From contig BEHE01000009.1 in assembly GCA_002898395.1 (NCBI GenBank), positions 15,392-79,391 of the forward strand: 64,000 bases of DNA, written 5' to 3'. Source of the DNA: Candidatus Calditenuaceae archaeon HR02. Its GTDB lineage: Archaea; Thermoproteota; Nitrososphaeria_A; Caldarchaeales; Calditenuaceae. Below, piece by piece: positions 20,563 through 30,581 of this stretch (the first letter of the stretch is position 1; each line of letters begins with the position of its first letter). The position numbers and the translations under genes were made by a program. Under the pieces are notes generated by a model that made no database searches, was not told the origin of the DNA, and worked only from the letters and a program-made list of their open reading frames with translations.

Positions 20563-21446
20563 TCCTCAAGCACCTCCCTAGCCTCGACCCATCCGGTTAG
20601 GCCGGCCGTCTTACAGATAAGATCCATTAACTGGTCTGGCAGGTTGGCGGTCTTGTGGGCTAGCCTGAGGGCGTAGGGATAGCCAGCGATGGACCTTTCA
20701 CGCAGAACGTCTATGAACCATTTGACGGAGTCTTCTTCTACTACGGCTGGCACTTCTATGTGCAGGGCGTTGGAGTGCTCTGACAATCTAACGTAGAATA
20801 TCGAGAACTTATAATCTTCTCTTTCGATGACATGTGGTGCCGTATACCCTACCCCCTTGGTTGCATGGTTAATGTAATATACGTCTCCGAGAACTCCGCC
20901 GAATAGGCTTTTATCATGCGAATATTTCGAGACGAATGCTAGCTTATCGTTGCCCATGAGAGGTTTAACGTAGGCCATGTATTCAGTCTGAAGGCTTTTG
21001 GAAATTCTTTTACTGATATCAGCCAGCCTAGCAATAAGGGAGCCATCAACTAGAACTAGGTCAGGGTCCTCCTCTTCGGAAACATTATAGGCTATGCTAT
21101 GCTCGTGGATCTCGGCCTGGTACTTAAGGAAGAGATCTGGAGACAGGGCCGCGTCGTAGGGGTCGCCTGATAACATATCAACATCCGTTACGGATTGGTA
21201 GGTGTTCACGGCCTCATCAACGGCTGCCGCCTTCATGGCGTAGATATAGAAGCCTGTGTAGAGCCTGTAGTTCCAACCGCTGTCAATAGCGAGGATACCA
21301 GCCCTTCTCGGCTTTGGGCTATATTCTATATAGCAAGCCCTCGCCCTGTCCAAGATCTCTTTAACCGTTCCCGCCCCATCCGTTCTCTTAAATTCCTCGA
21401 GCTTGGCCTTCAGGCGGACGGCCTTCTCGAAAAGCTCCTCCAGCAT
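20559..21446 (-). CDS. nurA: NurA 5'-3' nuclease
   Basis: ILAIDSGWNYRL motif carrying the catalytic Asp; translationally coupled to herA. Confidence 0.75.
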   Translation of the reverse strand: MLEELFEKAVRLKAKLEEFKRTDGAGTVKEILDRARACYIEYSPKPRRAGILAIDSGWNYRLYTGFYIYAMKAAAVDEAVNTYQSVTDVDMLSGDPYDAALSPDLFLKYQAEIHEHSIAYNVSEEEDPDLVLVDGSLIARLADISKRISKSLQTEYMAYVKPLMGNDKLAFVSKYSHDKSLFGGVLGDVYYINHATKGVGYTAPHVIEREDYKFSIFYVRLSEHSNALHIEVPAVVEEDSVKWFIDVLRERSIAGYPYALRLAHKTANLPDQLMDLICKTAGLTGWVEAREVLEE

Positions 21447-21559
21447 CGAGTAAAGGCTTGACCAACGGGTATATATGAATTGGTGGTCCTCCCAGCGATT
21501 TTTCTCAGCATCTCCACTATCGATTCATGGATACATACTTCAAACTAGCTCCAAACCTT

Positions 21560-21949
21560 CTAGATTAGATTGGTTAGGTAACTCTTAATCCGTATATAAC
21601 TGGGAGCTCGGTCACTATGTGGAGCTCCCTGAATAATTTGTCTCGAGATTACTATGCTTAGCTCCCCCCTGGCTTGGGCTTCCAGCCTCCTAGTGTGTGC
21701 TGCCTTTATCAGCTCCGCTATTGATTCTGGGTCTCTCCTTATGTCTGATGCCTGTATTCTGAATACGTCGTATCCAGCCTCCCTCAGCGTCTCAATCTTC
21801 CTCATGTCCTTCTCCTGTATCCTTTCCTGGTAGTGCTGGAGGCCGTCAACCTCGACGACTATCATGCTATCCGGTATGAGTATGTCCACGTTATATCCCT
21901 CGAAGTACACGTTGGTCACGTGGCGTATGTCCCGTCTCCAGAGCTCCAC
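21560..21949 (-). CDS. DUF559-type endonuclease domain protein (Vsr/restriction-endonuclease-like fold)
   Basis: VDILIPDSMIVVEVDGLQH ... KIETLREAGYDVFRI pattern. Confidence 0.55.
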   Translation of the reverse strand: MELWRRDIRHVTNVYFEGYNVDILIPDSMIVVEVDGLQHYQERIQEKDMRKIETLREAGYDVFRIQASDIRRDPESIAELIKAAHTRRLEAQARGELSIVISRQIIQGAPHSDRAPSYIRIKSYLTNLI

Positions 21950-22181
21950 CGAGAGCCTGCGCTCCTACCAAGAAACCCTCAGCATCTTAACCCTGACCCT
22001 TAGTCTTGAAGAGCCTTTATCAATTGCCTCCATGATGGCCCTCTCGACACCCTCGTCGCCCTCCGCTACCAAGTATATTGCAAAGCCGTTGCTCGGGTGC
22101 TTAGTCGTATATGTGACCGGCGCATGCTCCAGCAGACGCCTCACACTCTTGACTGAAGAACTTTTAACACCTCCATCCTTC

Positions 22182-23372
22182 CTAACCTGAACTCGGACCC
22201 CTCCCCCCTTTTCTCTCCTCATCCTTATTATTCTCTCCTCCACGCGCATCTACGAAGCGAAGCACCTTTCCTCTCCACCTCTCCATAACAGCCCTCTCGC
22301 TCCTATGTATCTGCTCATACAGTCTCTTAACGTCTCCACTTATAAGAGGAGACACGATTACAGGCTTCACGACTAGGTCTCCGCGCACGCCTGTCCGTCT
22401 CCATAGCCCACGCCCCTTCACAACCACCGATACGCCAGGACGCGTCATAGGCGGTATTTTTACCTCAAGGAGCCCATCGACGCCCTCTATCTTTACCGTC
22501 GCCCCCAACACCGCTTCACTCGGAGATATAGGAGCCCTCACAACGAGGTCGCCGTCCTTCACATGGTAGTATGGAGATTTTTTGACACCTATTCTGACGA
22601 CAAGTATGATCTCGCCCCCGCCGGCCCCCGAATTTCCCGGAACTCTAAACTGGAGGATGGAGCCGTCTGAAACCCCCCTGGGAATATCTATGTCTTGCTT
22701 CCTGACGCTCTGAACCCTTCCACTCCCTCTGCACGTCCTGCAGGGCCTTTCTATTATTCGCCCTATCCCGCCACAAACTTCGCAAGTCCTAGCCACACTG
22801 TATGTCATGTGACCTAGGACGCTTGTTCTCACAACTTGACCTGTCCCCCTACAGTTGGAACATACCCTCAGCCCACCAGGCTCAGCTCCACTACCTCCAC
22901 AACTGTGGCACACTTCCAACACCGAATACTGAACAGTTTTTCTCGCACCGTTAAACAGCTCCTTTGGCGAGAGCTCAACATCAACAACAACTTCGCGCGC
23001 AGCTCTCTCCTCATAGATGCCGAATCCGAAATCCCTGAACAACCTTTCAAAGATCGAGCTAAAACTTCCTAGTCCAAGGTCCCTGAAAATGTCTTCGAAG
23101 TCCTCCATCCTAGACCTGAAAAAGTCTTCCCTAGTGTATGCACCTGACAACCCCTCGTGACCGTACATGTCGTATATCCGCCTCTTCTCGTCATCCATAA
23201 GTACGGCGTAGGCCTCGCTGATCTCCTTGAATTTCTCCTCGGCCTCCGGAGACTTATTTCTATCGGGGTGATACTGGAGGACGAGCCGCCTATACGCCTT
23301 CTTAATCTCATCCTTTGTAGCATTGCGTGGGACGCCGAGGATCTCGTAGTAGTCCTTCTTGGTCCCCCGCAT
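22182..23372 (-). CDS. dnaJ: Chaperone DnaJ (Hsp40)
   Basis: J-domain DYYEILGV...YHPDRN; four CxxCxGxG zinc-finger repeats. Confidence 0.9.
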   Translation of the reverse strand: MRGTKKDYYEILGVPRNATKDEIKKAYRRLVLQYHPDRNKSPEAEEKFKEISEAYAVLMDDEKRRIYDMYGHEGLSGAYTREDFFRSRMEDFEDIFRDLGLGSFSSIFERLFRDFGFGIYEERAAREVVVDVELSPKELFNGARKTVQYSVLEVCHSCGGSGAEPGGLRVCSNCRGTGQVVRTSVLGHMTYSVARTCEVCGGIGRIIERPCRTCRGSGRVQSVRKQDIDIPRGVSDGSILQFRVPGNSGAGGGEIILVVRIGVKKSPYYHVKDGDLVVRAPISPSEAVLGATVKIEGVDGLLEVKIPPMTRPGVSVVVKGRGLWRRTGVRGDLVVKPVIVSPLISGDVKRLYEQIHRSERAVMERWRGKVLRFVDARGGENNKDEERKGGRGPSSG

Positions 23373-23460
23373 CCTCTACTCTACCTTCTTCTTTATGGTG
23401 GCTATTGATAAATTAAAATCAATGGTTGATTTCTCGGGTTGATTGGTATGGTTATGGCTT

Positions 23461-23808
23461 TTACTGTACACCTGCGCCTGGCTCTATCTCTGCCTCCGGG
23501 GCTATGGGGACAATATTCTCCTCGCTTGTCATTGCTGCCAGTATCATGCACTCTGATACTAGGCCTCGGACCTTTCTAGGCTTTAGATTGGTGACGAAGA
23601 CGTAGAGCCGACCCTCAAAGTGCTCGGGGCTATATAGATGGCCTAGGCCGGTTATGGCCTGTTTTCTCTGACCTCCGAAGTCGACTTCCAGCCTTAGAAG
23701 CCTGTCGGTGGCAGGCACGCGCTCCGCCTTTACTACCTTCCCAACACGCATCTCAACCCGCTTAAACTCTGTGATATCGATCTCAGGTAGACTCAAGCCC
23801 GTCTGCAC
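23461..23808 (-). CDS. tRNA-binding protein (Trbp111/CsaA/EMAP-like OB-fold)
   Basis: MRVGKVVKAERVP...DFGGQRKQAITGL...NLKPRKVRGLVSECMIL pattern. Confidence 0.7.
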   Translation of the reverse strand: MQTGLSLPEIDITEFKRVEMRVGKVVKAERVPATDRLLRLEVDFGGQRKQAITGLGHLYSPEHFEGRLYVFVTNLKPRKVRGLVSECMILAAMTSEENIVPIAPEAEIEPGAGVQ

Positions 23809-23885
23809 GACTATTGGAGGCTACTATATTTGTGTGATGCGTCAGACTCCTAGGAGGGTCTTAAGGGGCGGTAGGCCTTGTGTGG

Positions 23886-24464
23886 CTAAGCGGTGTTTTT
23901 GAGGTATCCCCGCCTTCTCCAGCTGAATAGGGGTCTCTCATCACGGAGTTGTTGTGACCAGAGCCTCTCCATGATGATGCCAGTTGGGATAGAGGCGAGC
24001 GTTGGCGCGGCAACCATTACTGGGAGTTCGAGCGGCTTCTCCAAGAAAAGTATTGAAAAGACGGCGTCTATCTGCCATCTGAGATCTCCACTCTGAACCG
24101 AGAGGGTAGGTAGAAAGCCGATCATGAGCATTATGGCCATTATTAGGAGGAGCATCGAGGTTGTTAGGGCAGCTGTTATAGCCTGTGGGAGGGTGCGGCT
24201 CATAAGCCCTACAAGAAGCCCAGCCAATACGAGTGAGAACAGGGGGAGGGGCCCGTAGCTGGAGCTTAGCACAAAATTCACACCAGTTATCTTCACGCCT
24301 TCCCCCAAGATGCTTGATAGGGGGGTTAAGTGGAAGAAGGCTGCTTTGAGAAACTCCCCCACTACAGCCCTCTGTGGATCATAGACGGGAAGCTGTACAC
24401 CCGCCGTGTAGTATACCCCCAGCAAGAGTAGAAGCGATACCGCCGCAAGTATCCCTCTCAGCAT
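23886..24464 (-). CDS. Hypothetical integral membrane protein
   Basis: Several hydrophobic helices. Confidence 0.35.
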   Translation of the reverse strand: MLRGILAAVSLLLLLGVYYTAGVQLPVYDPQRAVVGEFLKAAFFHLTPLSSILGEGVKITGVNFVLSSSYGPLPLFSLVLAGLLVGLMSRTLPQAITAALTTSMLLLIMAIMLMIGFLPTLSVQSGDLRWQIDAVFSILFLEKPLELPVMVAAPTLASIPTGIIMERLWSQQLRDERPLFSWRRRGYLKNTA

Positions 24465-24574
24465 TCAGGGTTATATGCAAGCGTAGCGATATATTTAGCC
24501 GTTATATCGCTAGAGCCCCGAATTACCCTCGAATAATACCGCGGGATTCTCTAAAAGGGTCCCCGAGACCTCGC

Positions 24575-24787
24575 CTACATTACCGACGCCTGGATGTACT
24601 TAGACGAGTCGACGGGCTTCTTCTTCCTTGGCGAGTTCCTCAGGAGTATCCCGCAGTATGGGCACCTGACGCTGTCTGTTAGGTGGTATGTCCTGCATCT
24701 GCTACAGTATTTATAGCCTGCGGCGTAGCTCCTCCTGGCAGGAATCCTTATGGTCTCAGTTTCCTGTAGGGATGCCATGTCCCTCAC
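24575..24787 (-). CDS. Small zinc-ribbon protein (CxxC...CxxC)
   Basis: CSRCRTYH...CPYCG. Confidence 0.35.
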   Translation of the reverse strand: MRDMASLQETETIRIPARRSYAAGYKYCSRCRTYHLTDSVRCPYCGILLRNSPRKKKPVDSSKYIQASVM

Positions 24788-24865
24788 CTCTTACGTCTAT
24801 GACATACCTTTACTGTTATGATAAGCGTTATGCTTAAATAGTATATACATTACATATACAGACAA

Positions 24866-25915
24866 ATGGCCATTTATCCGCGAAGGCTTCAGAGATTAGG
24901 CACAACCACGCTCGTAGTATCGCTGCCTAAACAATGGGTTGCTGAGAGGAGGCTAAAGCCCGGCGACATCGTCTACATCGAGGCTAACGGAGACAGCCTC
25001 ACCATACATAGTAGAGAAGTTGTGCATGAGCCTGCGTCGGCAGTCATAAATGCCGACGAGGTAGAGAAGCCCGAGGTCTTGGCCAGGATAGTTACCTCCT
25101 GCTTCTTACAGGGATACGACATAGTCAAGGTCATCTCTAACACAGGTCTCACGGGTAGTCAATCCCACGCTATATTGGCTGCAGTTGAGTCTCTTCCAGG
25201 TTTTGAAGTTATTGAACAGACACCGAGGCAGATAGTATTGCAGGCGATAATTGACCCGACGCGGTTTAAGGTCGAGGCCATAATCAGGCGACTCAACGTT
25301 CTGGTCATATCCATGTTAGGTGTTGCCATAGACTCGCTTGTCCGCGGAATCTCTGAGAAGGCGGGGGATGTTATAAACACGGGAAAGAAGCTTGAGGAGC
25401 TCTACTCCATAGTCGTAAGGCAGCTAATCCTCGCCCTCAGAAACCCATCACTCGCACACACAATAGGAATCGACATGCCAATCGCTGTTCTGGGATACAG
25501 GCTTGTCGCAAAGGCTCTAGAAGAGGCAGGGCAACATGCTATCGCACTGGCAAAAGAGAGCCTGAACATCAGGCATAAAGGAGCACCGACCAAGAAGAAG
25601 GTTGTAGACAGGCTAGTCTCATTGGCTGAAGATATTCAGAGCCTTCTCACAAACGGTGTCAACGCCTTCCTAACACTTGACCTCAAGATGATAAATAATG
25701 TCCTCGACTCCTTGGAGGGTTTGGCTGATGAGATTGAGTCAACCGAGCGGGAGTTGATTGAGGAAGTAAGTGACGTCGAGTTCTCCCTCTCCCTCAGGGT
25801 CTCGCTGATGCACTTCTCGGCAATACTGGATTCGGTTAAGATGATTGCAGAGGTGGCGTTGAACAAGTTTGTGAGAATGAATACAGATATTGTCCAGGCG
25901 GTTAGTCCTCCCTAA
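24866..25915 (+). CDS. SpoVT/AbrB-domain + PhoU-like domain regulator, paralog 1
   Basis: N-terminal LVVSLPKQWVAERRLKPGDIV swapped-hairpin motif; helical PhoU-like remainder. Confidence 0.55.
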   Translation: MAIYPRRLQRLGTTTLVVSLPKQWVAERRLKPGDIVYIEANGDSLTIHSREVVHEPASAVINADEVEKPEVLARIVTSCFLQGYDIVKVISNTGLTGSQSHAILAAVESLPGFEVIEQTPRQIVLQAIIDPTRFKVEAIIRRLNVLVISMLGVAIDSLVRGISEKAGDVINTGKKLEELYSIVVRQLILALRNPSLAHTIGIDMPIAVLGYRLVAKALEEAGQHAIALAKESLNIRHKGAPTKKKVVDRLVSLAEDIQSLLTNGVNAFLTLDLKMINNVLDSLEGLADEIESTERELIEEVSDVEFSLSLRVSLMHFSAILDSVKMIAEVALNKFVRMNTDIVQAVSPP

Positions 25916-26646
25916 ATGGCTGAATCTGGACCCCCTACGAGTCTTGCTGCGCGTCTAAATACGTTGTTTATCATCCGCTGGGTTAGTAGTCGTGTCTGCG
26001 TGTTCCTCCTGCTCGGATGATAGGTCGCCAGTAGCCAGATAACCCGCCCACCCTGTCTCTGAGTAAATCTGTAGGCCTGCCCGTGCTTGAACACGGGTCT
26101 ACCACTATCTGGTGTGAACCCCTTATCCCGGAGAAGCCTAACAGATGTGCTGAATGCTAGGCTCCCTAACGCCACTATGACCCTTACCCCTTCGAGAGCA
26201 TCGAATTCCTCTCTCAGATATCTATAGCAATTCTCCAGCTCTTCTTTAAGCGGTGTATTACCTGGCGGAACACATCGCAGGGCAGCGGTCAGGAAGCACC
26301 CCGTCAGTCTCAACCCATCATTGAGGCTTATCGAATAGGGAATATTCGCCAGGCCATTTGCGTATAGTGCCTTGATCAGAGTATTGCCAGCGCTATCCCC
26401 AGTGAACATACGGCCCGTCCTATTGCCTCCATGCGCAGCGGGGGCTAAGCCTATGACGAGAATCGAGGCCTTTGGGTCTCCGAAACCTGGTAGAGGCTTG
26501 GCCCAGTAAGTCTCTGCGGAGTATCTTTTGGGTGGATGCCGCGCGACCTCCTGCCTATATTTTACGAGTCTGGGGCATAGGGTGCATGAGACTATTCTAT
26601 CGCTTATCTCGGCCAGTCTCTTCTCGAATTGGTCTTGGGACATCAT
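25912..26646 (-). CDS. udgB: Uracil-DNA glycosylase, family 5 (UdgB-type)
   Basis: Motif A is GLAPAAHGG (not GEAPG); motif B HPS; N-terminal CxxC. Confidence 0.7.
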   Translation of the reverse strand: MMSQDQFEKRLAEISDRIVSCTLCPRLVKYRQEVARHPPKRYSAETYWAKPLPGFGDPKASILVIGLAPAAHGGNRTGRMFTGDSAGNTLIKALYANGLANIPYSISLNDGLRLTGCFLTAALRCVPPGNTPLKEELENCYRYLREEFDALEGVRVIVALGSLAFSTSVRLLRDKGFTPDSGRPVFKHGQAYRFTQRQGGRVIWLLATYHPSRRNTQTRLLTQRMINNVFRRAARLVGGPDSAI

Positions 26647-27362
26647 GCCCTGACGAACGGGTTATTCCGCTTCTCGTAGCCTACAGTTGTTGATGGGCCA
26701 TGCCCAGGATATACTAAGATGTCGTCGGGTAAAGTGTATAGCTTTGATTTTATCGACTCTACTATTTTCTGGGGGTCTGCTAGGGGTATGTCTGTCCTTC
26801 CTATTGTGCCTTGGAAGAGCGTGTCCCCGCTGAATAGTGTCTTGCCTGTCAGGAGGCATGAACTTCCAGGTGAGTGACCCGGCGTATGGATAATCCTTAG
26901 CTGCAGCCCCCCGACGTGGATTATGTCACCGTCCTCCAAGTAGCCGTCAGGCCTCGGCGGCTTCAGACGTATTCCCAGTATTCGAAGAGTGGCCTCAGGC
27001 AGGATATCTAGTACTACCTGATCTGCGCGGTGAATCAGAAACTCTACTCCGAGAACCTCTCTAATATCATCTACAGCTAGGACGTGGTCGAAGTGCCCGT
27101 GCGTCGCTATTATCTTCTTGACCTTGACACCAGTCTTGAGTAAACCCAGTATCTTGTGCGGCTCGTCTCCTGCATCGATGATCACAGCCTCGCCACTTCC
27201 GCCGTCGATGAGCAGATAAGAATTGCTTCTCAGAGGCCCCACACTAACATAGTAGACCTTCTCCAAGTCTAACCCCCCAGAAGTTCTCGGCTTCGAGCTA
27301 AATCCATCGTTGCTGGAAAGAGAGCCTCCTCGGCCAAGAAACCACCTCCTTCCTTGCCGCAT
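26643..27362 (-). CDS. MBL-fold metallo-hydrolase (glyoxalase II-like); true start probably downstream of 27362
   Basis: HGHFDH and HTPGHSPGS motifs; 65-nt overlap with the upstream gene suggests a later start. Confidence 0.65.
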   Translation of the reverse strand: MRQGRRWFLGRGGSLSSNDGFSSKPRTSGGLDLEKVYYVSVGPLRSNSYLLIDGGSGEAVIIDAGDEPHKILGLLKTGVKVKKIIATHGHFDHVLAVDDIREVLGVEFLIHRADQVVLDILPEATLRILGIRLKPPRPDGYLEDGDIIHVGGLQLRIIHTPGHSPGSSCLLTGKTLFSGDTLFQGTIGRTDIPLADPQKIVESIKSKLYTLPDDILVYPGHGPSTTVGYEKRNNPFVRA

Positions 27363-28173
27363 CTACGAAGGATGCTGGATCTAGGCAGCCGAGCTCGGAG
27401 ATATACTCTTGAATCAAACTTGAGTCGATTCTCTCAAATACTTGGAACTCTACCGGGATCCCTTCAGCCGTCAATCTCCACTTCTCGGCCAACCACAAGT
27501 TGTTTATGTCGAGCTTGGTCGAGTCGCAGATTATGAGTGTTGGGACCCCCGCCTCTCGGGCGGCGAGTGCCACTATGCTTGAGCCTGACCTATTGATTGC
27601 CGAGCCGTCAGGCAGCACCGCATCACACCCCAGTAGCAGGACATCAACATCTGTAAGGGCTTCACAGACTGAGAGGTCGGGTAGGAGAATAGCGTTCACA
27701 CCCGAGGCCTTGAGCTCCCTATAAGCTGCGAGCCCGTCCATCAGAGGCCAGCCCACCAATACCCTAGTCTCATGAGGCGAAAGCCTCTTCACCGTCGATA
27801 TTACTTGGGAGCTCTTACTAAGTGTGAGGATCGTGTTACATTGTGCCAGCCTCTTCTCAGCCGATCTCAAAGCTGCTTCGAGGGCTGCCCCATACATCTG
27901 GCGCAACAGGCGTATCATATCCCGCAAATAAGGTCTAGGCCCGCTTTCTCCCAGAGAGATCTCGTAGGCCTGCCTCAGAGTGTTGACAAGGTTTATCGGG
28001 GAGATGAGACTCCTCCGTTTAAGGACAATTTCATACAGTTCCTCTAGGAAGAGTTTGACAACACTAGGCTCTTCCTTCTGCGCGACCTCCTCCAGATAGC
28101 TGAGGAGACCCATGGCTATTTGAGAGGAGCCGCCACGGCTATCAAAAACTATCTCAGAAACCTTCTCCAACAT
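27298..28173 (-). CDS. eIF-2B alpha/beta/delta family protein (putative sugar-phosphate isomerase)
   Basis: C-terminal GCDAVLPDGSAINRSGSSIVALAARE resembles the IF-2B family core. Confidence 0.5.
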   Translation of the reverse strand: MLEKVSEIVFDSRGGSSQIAMGLLSYLEEVAQKEEPSVVKLFLEELYEIVLKRRSLISPINLVNTLRQAYEISLGESGPRPYLRDMIRLLRQMYGAALEAALRSAEKRLAQCNTILTLSKSSQVISTVKRLSPHETRVLVGWPLMDGLAAYRELKASGVNAILLPDLSVCEALTDVDVLLLGCDAVLPDGSAINRSGSSIVALAAREAGVPTLIICDSTKLDINNLWLAEKWRLTAEGIPVEFQVFERIDSSLIQEYISELGCLDPASFVDAARKEVVSWPRRLSFQQRWI

Positions 28174-28174
28174 T

Positions 28175-29194
28175 CTACGGCTTCAGCAATATCTTCCCAA
28201 AATGCTCACCGGCCTCCAACCTCCTATGGGCCTCAGACGCGTCCTTGAGGCTGAAGACTTTATCAATCACTGGGCGTAGCTTGCCGTGGGAGAATAGATC
28301 GATGATTCTGAGAAACTCGCCTTGAGTGCCCACACCGCTCCCAATAATTCGCTGATATTTTCTAAAGAATGGCCTCACGTTAAACGAGACTTGGTCACCT
28401 GCTGTTGCGCCCACCACCACGAGTGTGCCGCCTGGTGCAAGGCATTGTAGGGCCTTCTCCCAGAAGGGGGTTCCGGCCATTTCAAGCACGACGTCCACAC
28501 CCTCACCCCCCGTCGTCTTCAAAACCTCCTCGACCACATCCTTCTTTTTACGGTTTACGACAAAGTCGGCACCGGCCTTGTAGGCCTTCTCCTCCTTCCA
28601 GTTATCCCCAACCACAGATATTACACTCGCACCCGACAGTCTGGCAATCTGCGTAGCAGCCACACCTACTCCACTACTTCCACCAACCACTAGGACCCAC
28701 ATCCCCGGACCCACAGCCGCGTCTGTGACCAACGCTCTCCACGCTGTAGAGTAGTTTACTGGGAGGGCAGCGGCCTCCTCTAAGCTGACTCCGCTCGGGA
28801 GAGGAATCGCTGTAGATGCAGGCGCTACTATCTGCTCTGCATATCCTCCCCAACGCGTAGAGCCGAGCCTCGAAGCGTTCCTGCAGAGTTGGAAGCGCCC
28901 AGTGAGACAGTATCTGCACCTGCCGCAGGGCGTGTCGGGGAACAGCACAACCCTGTCACCCTTTCTGAGATGGGGTACTGTTGAGGAGACAACCTCACCG
29001 GCAACATCAACCCCTAGGACGTGGGGGAGCTTCACTTGGTATTTCCCAGTCCGAATCCACACGTCCACCCTGTTAACGCCTGCTGCCGCAACTCTGACTA
29101 ACACCTCTCCCTCCGCCGGCACCGGGTCGGCCACGTCCTTATACTCGAGGACCTCAGGTGATCCGTACCGCTCAAGGACTACTGCTTTCAACAC
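28175..29194 (-). CDS. Zinc-type alcohol dehydrogenase/quinone oxidoreductase (MDR superfamily)
   Basis: Layout GVNRVD ... VVGGSSGVG ... with CxxC. Confidence 0.7.
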   Translation of the reverse strand: MLKAVVLERYGSPEVLEYKDVADPVPAEGEVLVRVAAAGVNRVDVWIRTGKYQVKLPHVLGVDVAGEVVSSTVPHLRKGDRVVLFPDTPCGRCRYCLTGRFQLCRNASRLGSTRWGGYAEQIVAPASTAIPLPSGVSLEEAAALPVNYSTAWRALVTDAAVGPGMWVLVVGGSSGVGVAATQIARLSGASVISVVGDNWKEEKAYKAGADFVVNRKKKDVVEEVLKTTGGEGVDVVLEMAGTPFWEKALQCLAPGGTLVVVGATAGDQVSFNVRPFFRKYQRIIGSGVGTQGEFLRIIDLFSHGKLRPVIDKVFSLKDASEAHRRLEAGEHFGKILLKP

Positions 29195-29324
29195 CCTATT
29201 CAGAACTAGTGCGGGGTAAATGAGTGTATCGCCTCTCTACCTCAGCCCGCGTCTAGCGGGGATTGAGGGAAAACTAAAATTGAGCCCTACCTACTCTAAT
29301 GCCGAAAAAGAGGTTGAAAATAGA

Positions 29325-30506
29325 TTGAAGACAACACTATCCGTCATTAAGGCGGATGTTGGGAGCGTCTCTGGACACTATAAGCCACACAGCGAGATGC
29401 TACGCTATGCTCAGAAGAAGCTGAACGAGGCCAAGACGACAGCCCTCATCAACAGTGGATATGTGACTCACGCGGGAGACGACATAATACTCGTCATGAC
29501 CCATAATAGGGGTGAGAATGACGCTGAGATCCACGGCCTTGCTTGGAGAATCTTCAAAGAGATAACTGATAACGTGGCGAAGCCGATGAAGCTTTACGGG
29601 GCCGGCCAAGACTTGTTAAGCGACGCTTTTAGCGGCAACGTAAGAGGCCTCGGTCCAGGTGTGGCCGAGATAGAGTTTGAAGAGAGAAGGTCGGATCCGG
29701 TTGTAGTCTTTGCGGCTGACAAGACCGAGCCAGGCGCCTGGAACCTACCACTCTACAGAATATTCGCCTCACCTGACAACACAGCAGGCCTAGTCATCGA
29801 TCCGCAGCTCCAGAAGGGCTTTGTTTTCGAGGTACTCGACCTATACGAGAGCAAGATAGTGGAGCTGAAGACCCCTGAGGAGCTTTACATGCTCCTAGGA
29901 CTGCTGGGAACACCAGGTCGATACGCCGTCGCCCGCGTCAGGCGGGCTGCTGACGGAGAGCCTGCAGCCGCGGCCAGCACTACGAGGCTGAGCCTAATTG
30001 CTGGGCGCTATGTGGGTAAGGACGATCCTGTGCTAGTTGTTAGGGCTCAATCTGGCTTCCCTGCCGTTGGGGAGATACTGGCCGCCTTCGCCGTGCCGCC
30101 GATAGTGAGTGGGTGGATGAGGGGATCACATAGGGGGCCACTGATGCCTGTCTCGTTCAAGAATGGGCAGAATGTTGTCTCATACTTCGATGGTCCCCCG
30201 AGGGTGATTGCGATGGGCTGGCAGGTAAGTAACGGCAAGCTAATAGGCGTTGATGGTGAGGAGCCTGCAGACCTGTTCGCCGACCCGTTCTGGGACTATG
30301 TAAGGCATAAGGCAGCCGAGTTGGCTATTTATCTGAGGACGATGGGCGAGTTTGAGCCTGCACGCCTAGGCCATGAAGAGATGGAGTACACTACACTACC
30401 CTCGATCCTAGAGACTTTGAAGCCAAGGTTTAAGCCATACGAAGAGAAGCCAACCACGAAGGCTCCGGCCACGAAGAAGAAGGAAGTCCAAGAAGAGGTA
30501 GATTAA
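29325..30506 (+). CDS. fbp: Fructose-1,6-bisphosphate aldolase/phosphatase (class V FBPase), probable TTG start
   Basis: KTTLSVIKADVGSVSGH, MTHNRGE and GAGQDLLSDAFSGNVRGLGPGVAE align along the full length with archaeal FBPA/P; the ORF-track start at 29220 adds ~35 non-homologous aa. Confidence 0.85.
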   Translation: MKTTLSVIKADVGSVSGHYKPHSEMLRYAQKKLNEAKTTALINSGYVTHAGDDIILVMTHNRGENDAEIHGLAWRIFKEITDNVAKPMKLYGAGQDLLSDAFSGNVRGLGPGVAEIEFEERRSDPVVVFAADKTEPGAWNLPLYRIFASPDNTAGLVIDPQLQKGFVFEVLDLYESKIVELKTPEELYMLLGLLGTPGRYAVARVRRAADGEPAAAASTTRLSLIAGRYVGKDDPVLVVRAQSGFPAVGEILAAFAVPPIVSGWMRGSHRGPLMPVSFKNGQNVVSYFDGPPRVIAMGWQVSNGKLIGVDGEEPADLFADPFWDYVRHKAAELAIYLRTMGEFEPARLGHEEMEYTTLPSILETLKPRFKPYEEKPTTKAPATKKKEVQEEVD

Positions 30507-30581
30507 ACCACCAAGAAGAACACAACATTCTTTTTTATGGATCCAAAGAGGCAAAGGCATAGCATAGCCCATGCGGGTGTT

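Noticed and set aside
21965-22249. 94-aa ORF overlapping the 3' end of dnaJ by 68 nt
   Set aside because: No recognisable motif and a large same-strand overlap with a confident gene. Probably spurious or mis-started.
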